The notes under the pieces: generated by a model
What the model was told of the DNA's origin: nothing
Databases searched by the model: none
The model's input: only the letters and a program-made list of their open reading frames with translations
Program-made: the position numbers and the translations under genes
Shown here: positions 9,276-17,090 of the stretch, one piece after another
Layout of the letters: the number at the start of each line of letters is the position of its first letter
How positions within the stretch are numbered: the first letter of the stretch is position 1
NCBI GenBank assembly: GCA_037444485.1
Contig: JBBIMI010000016.1
Location: forward strand, 1-17,910
Length of the DNA stretch: 17,910 bases
Direction of reading: 5' to 3'
Origin: Candidatus Micrarchaeota archaeon
GTDB taxonomy: Archaea; Micrarchaeota; Micrarchaeia; Norongarragalinales; Norongarragalinaceae

Positions 9276-9672
9276 GAAAGAACGAAAAAAAAAGAAAAAA
9301 CCATTAAAAAAAGAATCAATAAAAAAGGAAATTGTTAGAGAAAAAAAATCAATAAAAAAAAGAGAGTTAGTGGATTTCTTTAGTTTGCGCGATTCCCGCA
9401 ATTCGTTTTTTCGCGGAACGCAAAAAATAAAAAATTTGTGTTTTTCGTGAATGAAGACAAGCGTTTGTTTTTTTGCTTGCCCGAAAAAAAAGCTTTTCTC
9501 AAACCACTTCCTTAAAAAAAAGTGTTTTGAGAAAAAAATCAAACAATAAAAAAGATTCAACCCACCCGGAAGAACACTAAGAAAAAACAGCGTTTGAAAA
9601 CGCGTTGCTTCAACGCGGTGCAGCTGTAAAAAAGTTTAGTGCAACTTCCGATAAAACAGGAGAGTGAACAAA

Positions 9673-10755
9673 ATGAATGAATTAATTGCGGACGCGTTAA
9701 AGTATGGCGCGCAAAAAAACCTTGAACAAGAAGGCAAGAAATTTACGCCAGCCGAAGTACGCATTAAAGTAGTCGGCGTAGGCGGTGGAGGAACGAATAC
9801 AGTCACGCGCTTGCACCGAATGGGCGTAGAAAGCGCGGAAACCATTGCGATAAACACGGACAAAAAACACTTGGAAATCGTTGAAGCAGACAAAAAAGTA
9901 TTGATTGGCGCAACGATGACGCGCGGACTAGGCGCAGGTGGTTTTCCTGAAGTTGGAATGAAGGCGGCAGAGCAAGCTAAAGACAAGCTCGCGCAACTAC
10001 TCAGCAACACTGAACTCGTTTTCATTACTGCCGGCATGGGTGGAGGCACTGGGACAGGCGCTGCACCAGTAATAGCTGAAGTCGCGAAACAACAAGGCGC
10101 AATCGTCGTTGCAATGGTGACTTACCCGTTCGCGCTCGAACGAGCGCGGCTGGACAAAGCAGACTGGGGACTTGAAGCACTCCGCGAGGCTTGCGACACA
10201 GTCGTAATCATAGACAACAACCGCCTCGTGAGTTACGTCCCGAACTTGCCGATGAATCAAGCGTTTGCTGTCGCAGACACCCTAGTCGCGCGCAGCGTTA
10301 AAGGAATCGCGGACACGATAATGTTGCCTTCACTAATAAACATCGACTTTGCGGACTTGCGCATGATAATGGGTAACGCGGGCGTGGCCATGATTTCTAT
10401 TGGTGAAGCCAGCGGCACCGATAAAGTCGAGAACGTCGTGAAAAACACTCTCGCACACCCGCTCTTGGACGTAGACTACGCCGGCAGCAAGGGCGCGTTG
10501 ATTCTCGTCAACGGAGGCCCGCAGTTGACGCTTGGAGAAGCAGTGAAAGTCGGGGAAGGAATTACTGAAGCGTTCGACGACAACGCGTACGTCAAGTGGG
10601 GGGCGCGCATAGTGCCGGAACTCGGCGACAAAATCATGGTTACGAGCATCGTTACGGGCGTGACGAGCCCACACGTGCTTGGACACGAGGAACGCAAGCG
10701 CGCCGCTAAAGTAGAGAGCATGAAAGGCATCGCTTCAATAAGCTTTCAAGGTTAA
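9673..10755 (+). CDS. ftsZ: Cell division GTPase FtsZ, paralog B (FtsZ2-type)
   Basis: GVGGGGTN, NTD, GLGAGGFPEVG, GGGTGTG, PSLINIDFAD; TYPFALERAR and CDTVVIIDNNRL are FtsZ2-like. GGAGAGTGA upstream favours ATG 9673 (alternative GTG 9664). Confidence 0.97.
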   Translation: MNELIADALKYGAQKNLEQEGKKFTPAEVRIKVVGVGGGGTNTVTRLHRMGVESAETIAINTDKKHLEIVEADKKVLIGATMTRGLGAGGFPEVGMKAAEQAKDKLAQLLSNTELVFITAGMGGGTGTGAAPVIAEVAKQQGAIVVAMVTYPFALERARLDKADWGLEALREACDTVVIIDNNRLVSYVPNLPMNQAFAVADTLVARSVKGIADTIMLPSLINIDFADLRMIMGNAGVAMISIGEASGTDKVENVVKNTLAHPLLDVDYAGSKGALILVNGGPQLTLGEAVKVGEGITEAFDDNAYVKWGARIVPELGDKIMVTSIVTGVTSPHVLGHEERKRAAKVESMKGIASISFQG

Positions 10756-10794
10756 GCTTTAAAGGCTTTTATTTAAACCTCTTTCCCCCAATCG

Positions 10795-10915
10795 TTTTTT
10801 CTTTTCTCGTTCTTTTTTCGTCTCCTTTTTCCTTCTCTTTCCTTCTTTTTTCCCTTCTTTTCTTTTTCTTCTCTTTTCCCTCTCTTTTTCTTCTTTTCCC
10901 CTCTATTTTTCTTCT
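10795..10915 (+). terminator. Polypyrimidine tract after ftsZ B, putative terminator region
   Basis: 10821-10904 is 84 consecutive C/T bases; the tract begins 40 bp after the stop codon. Confidence 0.55.
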
Positions 10916-10962
10916 GCACTACGCGCCGCACGTCGCATGCGTTGCCGCGCGCGTTACTGCGC

Positions 10963-10981
10963 CGAAACTCTTTTTAAAAAA
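10963..10981 (+). promoter_or_regulatory. Putative BRE-TATA promoter of nrdJ
   Basis: CGAAACTC-TTTTTAAAAA about 80 bp upstream of the TTG start; GGAGGG RBS at 11045-11050. Confidence 0.5.
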
Positions 10982-11058
10982 GATAACGTAATCCACTGAA
11001 AGCAGTGAATCAAGTTTAGCAGTAAAATCAAGGTTTTACGCGTTGGAGGGAAAGAAAG

Positions 11059-13176
11059 TTGAAAGTCAAGAAAATAAGAAAGCGTGACGGAAGCCTTCAA
11101 GACTTCAACCCGCAGAAGATAGAGAATGCTATACTCAAAGCACTCAAAGCAGTCAAACAAAAGAACGCGCGCGAGCTGGCGCGCAAGCTCGCAGCACGCG
11201 TTTGCGCGCTAGTGGACGCACGCTTCGCGCAAGTGGGCGCGGGCGCGGCGCGCGTGCCGAGCGTTGAGGACGTGCAGGACTTGGTTGAGCAAGTGCTCGT
11301 GGAGGGCAGGCTAGCAGCTGCAGCGCGCGCTTACATCTTGTATAGGAGGAAGCGCGCAGAGTTGCGTGAAGCGAAAGCGGTTTTTGGTGTTAGCGACGAA
11401 CTCAAGTTGGGGCTCAACGCGGTTGCAGTGTTGAAGAAAAGGTATTTGTTGCGGGACGAGGTTGGGAGAATAGTTGAAACGCCGCGCGAGTTGTTCACGC
11501 GAGTCGCGCGGGCTATCGCTGGCGTGGACGCGCGTTACGGCGCGACGCCAAGCGAAGTTAGTGGAACAGAGAAAAAGTTTTTCGAGTTGATGGCTAACCG
11601 TGATTTCTTGCCGAATTCGCCGACGCTCATGAACGCTGGCACGCCTTTAGGGCAGCTTAGCGCTTGCTTTGTTTTGCCTGTAGGTGATTCGCTTAAAGAA
11701 ATTTTTGACGCACTCAAGTATACTGCCTTGATTCATCAAAGTGGTGGTGGAACTGGTTACGATTTTTCGCGTTTGCGGCCGCGGGGGGACGTGGTGCGCA
11801 GCACTATGGGTGTTGCGAGCGGTCCGGTTTCGTTCATGAAGATTTTTGACGCGACGACGGAAACCATTAAACAGGGCGGCAAGAGGCGGGGCGCAAACAT
11901 GGGGGTGTTGCGCTTCGACCATCCGGACATTATTGAATTCATTAACGCGAAGACTACGCCTGGGGTTTTAAGCAACTTTAACGTGAGCGTGAGCGTGTCG
12001 GACGATTTCATGAAGAAAGCCCTTGAAGGCGGAGAGTGCGAACTAGTTAACCCGCGAACGAAGCAAAACGTCGGCAAGGCGGTTAACGCGAAAGCAGTTT
12101 TCGACTTGATTGTGGCGAACGCTTGGCGCGTTGGAGACCCCGGCTTGCTTTTTCTAGACGAGATAAACCGCCACAACCAACTGCCGGCGTTAGGGCCGCT
12201 GGAAGCAACCAATCCTTGCGGCGAGCTTCCCTTGTTTTCGTACGAGTCGTGCAACTTAGGAAGCATTAACGTTGCGAACTTCGTGAAAGCGGGAAAAATC
12301 GATTTCGAGCGCTTGCGGGAAACAGTGCACGCGGCAGCGCATTTTCTCGACAACGTTATTGACGCAAACAAGTATCCTTTACCGCAAATCGAGTTGATTA
12401 CGCGCGCGAACAGAAAAATCGGTTTAGGAATAATGGGTTTCGCTGAACTACTAATCAAGCTAGGAGTGCCTTACGACTCGCAACGCGCGCTCGCGATAGC
12501 GGAAAAACTCATGAAGTTCGTGAATGATGAAGCACTCAAGAAATCAGTTGAACTCGGCAAGCAACGCGGGAGTTTCCCGAACTTCCAGAAAAGCGTTTAC
12601 GCCAAACGCTTGCCCGCGTTACGCAACGCTACTCGCACAACCATCGCGCCGACCGGCACGATTAGCATAATCGCGGGGTGCAGCAGCGGCATCGAACCGC
12701 TTTTCGCTGTTTCTTTCGTGCGGAACGTGTTGGAAGGCACGCGGCTACTGGAAACAAACGCGTTGTTCGAAGAAACCGCGCGCAAGCGCGGATTCTATTC
12801 AAGCGAGTTGATGGCGCGCATCGCGCGCAAAGGCAGCGTTCACGGCTTGAGTGAAGTGCCGAAAGACGTTCAACAACTTTTCGTTACTGCATTAGACATT
12901 TCGCCAGAGTGGCACGTGCGCATGCAAGCAGCGTTTCAAAAACACGTTGACAATTCTGTGAGCAAGACTGTTAACTTGCCAGAGTCTGCGAGCGTTGAAG
13001 ACGTGAGGAACGCTTTCGTGCTCGCTTGGAAACTCGAGTGCAAGGGAATCACTGTTTTTCGTTACGGAAGCAAGGAACAACAAGTGCTTACAATCGAGCC
13101 CACGCGCGGCGAAGAGCGCGTGAGCGCGGACGTCGAGTACGCTGGCGGTTGCCCCACGCCAGTGTGCCCAGTGTAA
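11059..13176 (+). CDS. nrdJ: Class II (adenosylcobalamin-dependent) ribonucleotide reductase with N-terminal ATP cone
   Basis: ATP cone (IRKRDG...FNPQKI), FLPNSPTLMNAG, LSACFV, finger loop ATNPCGE, TTIAPTGTIS, SKTVN, KGITVFR (no class I YY pair), C-terminal CPTPVC redox pair. No beta-subunit gene nearby and no intein. Confidence 0.93.
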   Translation: MKVKKIRKRDGSLQDFNPQKIENAILKALKAVKQKNARELARKLAARVCALVDARFAQVGAGAARVPSVEDVQDLVEQVLVEGRLAAAARAYILYRRKRAELREAKAVFGVSDELKLGLNAVAVLKKRYLLRDEVGRIVETPRELFTRVARAIAGVDARYGATPSEVSGTEKKFFELMANRDFLPNSPTLMNAGTPLGQLSACFVLPVGDSLKEIFDALKYTALIHQSGGGTGYDFSRLRPRGDVVRSTMGVASGPVSFMKIFDATTETIKQGGKRRGANMGVLRFDHPDIIEFINAKTTPGVLSNFNVSVSVSDDFMKKALEGGECELVNPRTKQNVGKAVNAKAVFDLIVANAWRVGDPGLLFLDEINRHNQLPALGPLEATNPCGELPLFSYESCNLGSINVANFVKAGKIDFERLRETVHAAAHFLDNVIDANKYPLPQIELITRANRKIGLGIMGFAELLIKLGVPYDSQRALAIAEKLMKFVNDEALKKSVELGKQRGSFPNFQKSVYAKRLPALRNATRTTIAPTGTISIIAGCSSGIEPLFAVSFVRNVLEGTRLLETNALFEETARKRGFYSSELMARIARKGSVHGLSEVPKDVQQLFVTALDISPEWHVRMQAAFQKHVDNSVSKTVNLPESASVEDVRNAFVLAWKLECKGITVFRYGSKEQQVLTIEPTRGEERVSADVEYAGGCPTPVCPV

Positions 13177-13211
13177 ATGCTGAAAGCATGGAAGCAGGGA
13201 AAGGTTACGAA

Positions 13212-13862
13212 ATGAAAGCAAATGTAATGCTATTGGCTTCAATTCTCGTTGCAGCGATTCTGTTGTTCGGCTGTACGCAGCAAGTGCAGCAACCAGCACA
13301 ACAACCAGCACAGGGCGGCACGCAACAACCTGCAGCGACTGCTGCAGCAACGCAGCAGGCAGCCGCGTCCCAAGCTTCGGGCGCGAGCACTTCAGCATTG
13401 TCATGCAGCGGAGCGGAAAACGGTTTCAAGTTGACGTGCGCTGAAAACCCGCCTGCGGGCTGCGAGAACAAGAACTTGGGCGAGCGCGCGGACTGCAAAC
13501 ATCCATTAACGTGCTTCGCGAGCAAGTGCGCGCAGGCGACGCCTTCACCGACTCCCTTTTTCGCGAGTCCTTCGCCGCAGCCCAGCGGCGCGTTGAGCGG
13601 CGCGGTCACGATCCGCATTAAGAACTTTGCTTTCGAACCAAGCGAAGTCACCATAAAATCAGGGACTCAAGCGACTTGGATTAACGACGACAGCGTTTCA
13701 CACACGGTTACGAGCGACGGCGGAAGGTTTGCTTTTCCTGACAGCGCGACGCTGTCTTGGAATCAGCAGCACATCGTCGTGTTCTCGAATCCAGGAACTT
13801 ACAACTACCACTGCAACATTCACTCGAACATGAAAGGCAAAATAATAGTAGTCCCGCCTTAA
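13212..13862 (+). CDS. Lipoprotein with a 6-Cys module and C-terminal cupredoxin (plastocyanin/amicyanin-like blue copper) domain
   Basis: Probable start at ATG 13212 (MKANVMLLASILVAAILLFGC, lipobox). C-terminal domain has NFAFEP, W-x-N-x-D, HTV and YHCNIHSNMKG, giving the type 1 copper ligands His, Cys, His, Met. Confidence 0.88.
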   Translation: MKANVMLLASILVAAILLFGCTQQVQQPAQQPAQGGTQQPAATAAATQQAAASQASGASTSALSCSGAENGFKLTCAENPPAGCENKNLGERADCKHPLTCFASKCAQATPSPTPFFASPSPQPSGALSGAVTIRIKNFAFEPSEVTIKSGTQATWINDDSVSHTVTSDGGRFAFPDSATLSWNQQHIVVFSNPGTYNYHCNIHSNMKGKIIVVPP

Positions 13863-14335
13863 GTTAGTCTTAGATTTAATTAATCTTGGTTTTAACTTAA
13901 AAGTTTTTAGTTAAGTTTAATTAAGTTAGTAAGCTTTTAAAGCCTAAAATATATTTTTGAGTTAAAATAACTGTTGGCTTGAAAACCAACGAATTTCTTT
14001 TAGTAGCCGCAGCTTGCATTCAACGCGTTCACGAAAACCAATCATTCTGCGCGCAAAACGCGGCGTCAAGGCTCGCGTCGCCTGCGCCAACGAGCCAGCG
14101 CGGCCTCAACAAAATAATTGACAAATAACTGAAGCGAAACAATTAGTTGCTGGTTCATTCAGCGACTGAACTCGCGGGATTTCTCAGCCAAACGCATTAA
14201 TTTCAGCCAAACGCGTTAATTCTTGTTACTTGTCTGTTAACCGCAAGCCACTGTCAAGCCAGCGATAAAGTCTGCGACAAAGCCTGCGACAAAGCCCTAA
14301 AGTTAATTCTTTTAATTTTTTTTTAAAGTTAATTG

Positions 14336-16069
14336 TTACTTGTCAAGCCACTCGCGCTCAAAATCCTTGAACGCAAGCGCGTTAGCCACGTTCTTCTTCT
14401 CGACCCAGCCGCGGCGTGCAGTTGCAATGCCTAAGCGCATGTTTTCGAGTTGTTGCGTCGAATGCGCGTCGGTGCTTATCACCAGCGTCGCGCCTGCCTT
14501 GACTGCTTCACGCGCGTGAACGTCACGCAAGTCCAAACGCTCTGGCCACGCATTGACTTCCAAAAGCACTCTATTCTCGCGCGCTTTCTCGAACACGCGC
14601 GGCAAGTCGAGTTCAATGCCCTCGCGTTGATTTATTTTTCGTCCTGTCGGGTGCCCTAACGCGTGCACGAACTCGTTTTCAAGCGCGCGAAGCACGCGTT
14701 GAGTTTGTTTTTCTTTAGGCAAGTTGAACGCTGAATGCACGCTTGCCACCACGAAATCCAAGTCTTTAAGAACCTTGTTCGAGTAGTCGAGCGCGCCGTC
14801 TGGCTTGATGTTTACTTCACTTCCATGCAAAACGCGTATTCCAACTTCCTTTTCAACGCGAGCGCATTCCACAGCATGTTTTTTAAGGGCTTCAGGCTTC
14901 AAGCCGCGCGCGACCCCTAATCCAGGCGAGTGGTCGGTGACTGCGATGTACTCGCGTCCTAACGCGCGCGCGGCAACAGCCATTTCTTTAATCGAAAAAC
15001 TCCCGTCACTCCAATTCGAGTGAACGTGAAAGTCCCCGCGCGCGTCTCCGTAACCGACTAGTTTCGGCAGTTTGCCTGAAAGCGCTGCCTCTACTTCTCC
15101 AGCGTCTTCCCTCAATTCAGGCTCGATGAAAGGCAAACCTAATGCGGCGTAAACTTCTTCTTCAGTTTCGCCAGCAATTTTCTTGCCGGTCTTTCTCTGG
15201 AAAACTCCGTACTCGCTGAGCTTGAGTTTCTTTGAAACCGCGATTCTCCGAATCGCGATGTTATGGTTTTTAGAGCCAGTAAAGTATTGTAACGCAGAAC
15301 CGAAAGAGTCTCGCGGAACCACGCGCAAGTCACAATTCAAACCGCTTTCAAGAACAACGCTTGACTTCGTTTCACCGCGCGCGAGCACGCGCGTTACGAA
15401 AGGCAACGAAACGAAGGCGTCGGTAACGCGCTTCGCGTCAGCCGCGCTGGCGACTGCGGTGAGAATGTCGACGTCGCGAATCGTTTCCTTCATCCTCCGC
15501 GTAGAGCCTGCGACTTCAATTTCTTGAATCGACGCGCCGCACGCTTTCTTCAAGCCAGCGATTACTTGACTCGCGTCCGCAAGCGCGAAACCCACTGGAA
15601 CGCGTTCGCTCTTGCGCGCTTCAGCTTGCTTGAGCGCGAGAGACAAGTTTTCCTCGCTCTTGACGCCGAATCCTTTGAGTCCGCGCAGCTTGTGCGCCCG
15701 CAAAGCTTTCTTCAAGCCAGCGATGTCGCGCACTCCAAGTTTTTCGTACAACACTTTCGCTTTCTTGGGCCCGAGTCCCGCGACTGCAGAGAGTTCCTCG
15801 AATTTTATTGGCAGTTGTTTCTTCAAATCATCGTAGTACTTCAACTTGCCGGTTTCAATGATTTCCGCGATTTTCTTCGCGATGTTTTCGCCGACTCCAG
15901 GAATTTCTTTTAGTTCGCCGCGCTTGTAAACTTCTTCTACGTCTTCAGGCAGCGACTCTATTTCAAGCGCGGCTTTACGGTAAGCGCGGGGCTTCCACTG
16001 TACGCCCTGGAGTTCAAGCATGTCTGCAATGTCGTAAAAAATTTTCGCGACGAGCTTGTTTTTCGCCAT
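14336..16069 (-). CDS. polX: DNA polymerase/3'-5' exonuclease PolX (family X polymerase + PHP domain)
   Basis: AYRKAA lyase domain, HhH (IPGVG, GLGPKK), GSTRR...DVD and CDLR catalytic aspartates, YFTGS; PHP motifs HVHS..SDG, TDH, HPTGR, TDAH. ATG 16069 is preceded by GAGG (ORF track starts at TTG 16093). Confidence 0.96.
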   Translation of the reverse strand: MAKNKLVAKIFYDIADMLELQGVQWKPRAYRKAALEIESLPEDVEEVYKRGELKEIPGVGENIAKKIAEIIETGKLKYYDDLKKQLPIKFEELSAVAGLGPKKAKVLYEKLGVRDIAGLKKALRAHKLRGLKGFGVKSEENLSLALKQAEARKSERVPVGFALADASQVIAGLKKACGASIQEIEVAGSTRRMKETIRDVDILTAVASAADAKRVTDAFVSLPFVTRVLARGETKSSVVLESGLNCDLRVVPRDSFGSALQYFTGSKNHNIAIRRIAVSKKLKLSEYGVFQRKTGKKIAGETEEEVYAALGLPFIEPELREDAGEVEAALSGKLPKLVGYGDARGDFHVHSNWSDGSFSIKEMAVAARALGREYIAVTDHSPGLGVARGLKPEALKKHAVECARVEKEVGIRVLHGSEVNIKPDGALDYSNKVLKDLDFVVASVHSAFNLPKEKQTQRVLRALENEFVHALGHPTGRKINQREGIELDLPRVFEKARENRVLLEVNAWPERLDLRDVHAREAVKAGATLVISTDAHSTQQLENMRLGIATARRGWVEKKNVANALAFKDFEREWLDK

Positions 16070-16085
16070 TTTCGCGCGCCTCAAG

Positions 16086-16125
16086 GCAAGCAAGTTAAAA
16101 ATTAAGCAAGCAAGTTAAAAATTAA
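16086..16125. repeat. Perfect 20-bp tandem duplication upstream of polX
   Basis: GCAAGCAAGTTAAAAATTAA x2. Confidence 0.9.
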
Positions 16126-16215
16126 TATCAATTAATACAAACAAGTTATTAACAACCTTAACGAAAAACATTATTAAAGCGTTTTCTTTTTTTGAAAGCG
16201 TTTTGGGTTGGCGAA

Positions 16216-16281
16216 GGGCTCGTGAAGAACGAGGTAGCTACCGAATTTGTGGAATGTGGTGACTGTCCCAGTCTGAAGCCC
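16216..16281 (+). ncRNA. Box C/D methylation-guide sRNA
   Basis: Terminal stem GGGCT/AGCCC; box C GTGAAGA (16222-16228); 12-nt guide ACGAGGTAGCTA; box D' CCGA (16241-16244); box C' GTGGTGA (16256-16262); 10-nt guide CTGTCCCAGT; box D CTGA (16273-16276). GC-richer island in AT-rich intergenic DNA with CGAAAAACA-TTATTAAA promoter-like motif at 16162-16178. Confidence 0.8.
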
Positions 16282-16392
16282 GCTAAATTCCAGCTGATTC
16301 AAACCCCTGCAATTACAACCAAAATTAATTCCAATCAAAAATTATTAATTCAACCAAAAATTATTAATTCCAATCAAACCCGTTAATTTCGA

Positions 16393-17025
16393 TTAACGTG
16401 ATTCCTTCGCGTGAAAATAAACGAAGAAAATTCGTTGCGCGACCGTCACAACAGCAAGCGCTGTTGCAAGCGCGGTTGCGTACACGAGCAGTAAGTTGTT
16501 TGGAAACATCACAGCGGCGGCGAGTCCCAGCAACACTAGCGCGAGGCGCTCGCCGCGTTCAAGCAAACCACCCATCGCCTTAAGCGTTTTCTCGTCGGTG
16601 ACGACGCGCCGGTGGTCAGCGTAAGCGCGCACGAAGCTCGTCATGCAAGTTCCGAAAAACAACAACAACGCGAGCCACGCCCACGCTGGGACTAGGAAGC
16701 CTGGCAGGGGCGGCGTTAAAGCCATCAACCCAAACAACAACAACGCTTCATTGAACCTGTCGACAACCCCGTCGAGAAACGCGCCGAAAGCAGTAACGCG
16801 TTTTTGCGTTCGCGCGAGCGCTCCGTCGAACGCGTCGAGAAAACCAGCGGCCGCGAACAAGACGAGCGCCGCAAGCAGGCTTCCGTAAAACGCGAGCGCG
16901 GCGAATCCCAACACAGCGAAAACTATTGACGCGAGCGTGACGACGTTAGGCGTAAGCCAACGCGGGGCTCGCGCTGCCAACGCCTCAAGAAAACTTGTTG
17001 GTGCCCAGAGTCTCGCTTTCAACAC
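16393..17025 (-). CDS. CDP-alcohol phosphatidyltransferase (archaetidylinositol phosphate synthase / PgsA-like)
   Basis: TPN motif and family signature DAFDGALAR-x8-GAFLDGVVDR, then SFVRAYA and GLLERGER; multiple TM helices. Probable start GTG 17025 or TTG 17022 rather than 17085. Confidence 0.92.
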   Translation of the reverse strand: MLKARLWAPTSFLEALAARAPRWLTPNVVTLASIVFAVLGFAALAFYGSLLAALVLFAAAGFLDAFDGALARTQKRVTAFGAFLDGVVDRFNEALLLFGLMALTPPLPGFLVPAWAWLALLLFFGTCMTSFVRAYADHRRVVTDEKTLKAMGGLLERGERLALVLLGLAAAVMFPNNLLLVYATALATALAVVTVAQRIFFVYFHAKESR

Positions 17026-17090
17026 GAAACAACACGAAAATAATTTAAGACTAAACCAATTTAAAACTAAACTCGTTTTAAACAATACTC

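Noticed and set aside
9006..9560. ORFs over the 39-bp repeat (9006-9560 -, 9116-9319 -, 9151-9450 +)
   Set aside because: They stay open because the unit is 13 codons and low-complexity; products are F/K-biased with no RBS.
9277..10816. Pairing between the A tract upstream and the T tract downstream of ftsZ B (AAAGAACGA / TCGTTCTTT)
   Set aside because: Only 9 bp within low-complexity sequence; cannot be distinguished from chance.
11059..13176. Intein or class I assignment for the ribonucleotide reductase
   Set aside because: Length and motifs are contiguous with no intein; no tyrosine pair or beta subunit.
13026..13211. N-terminal extension of the cupredoxin ORF
   Set aside because: Overlaps nrdJ out of frame; the signal peptide begins at ATG 13212.
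16192..16386. 64-aa + strand ORF
   Set aside because: No RBS, the 3' half is a repeat tract, and the sequence is better explained as a box C/D sRNA.
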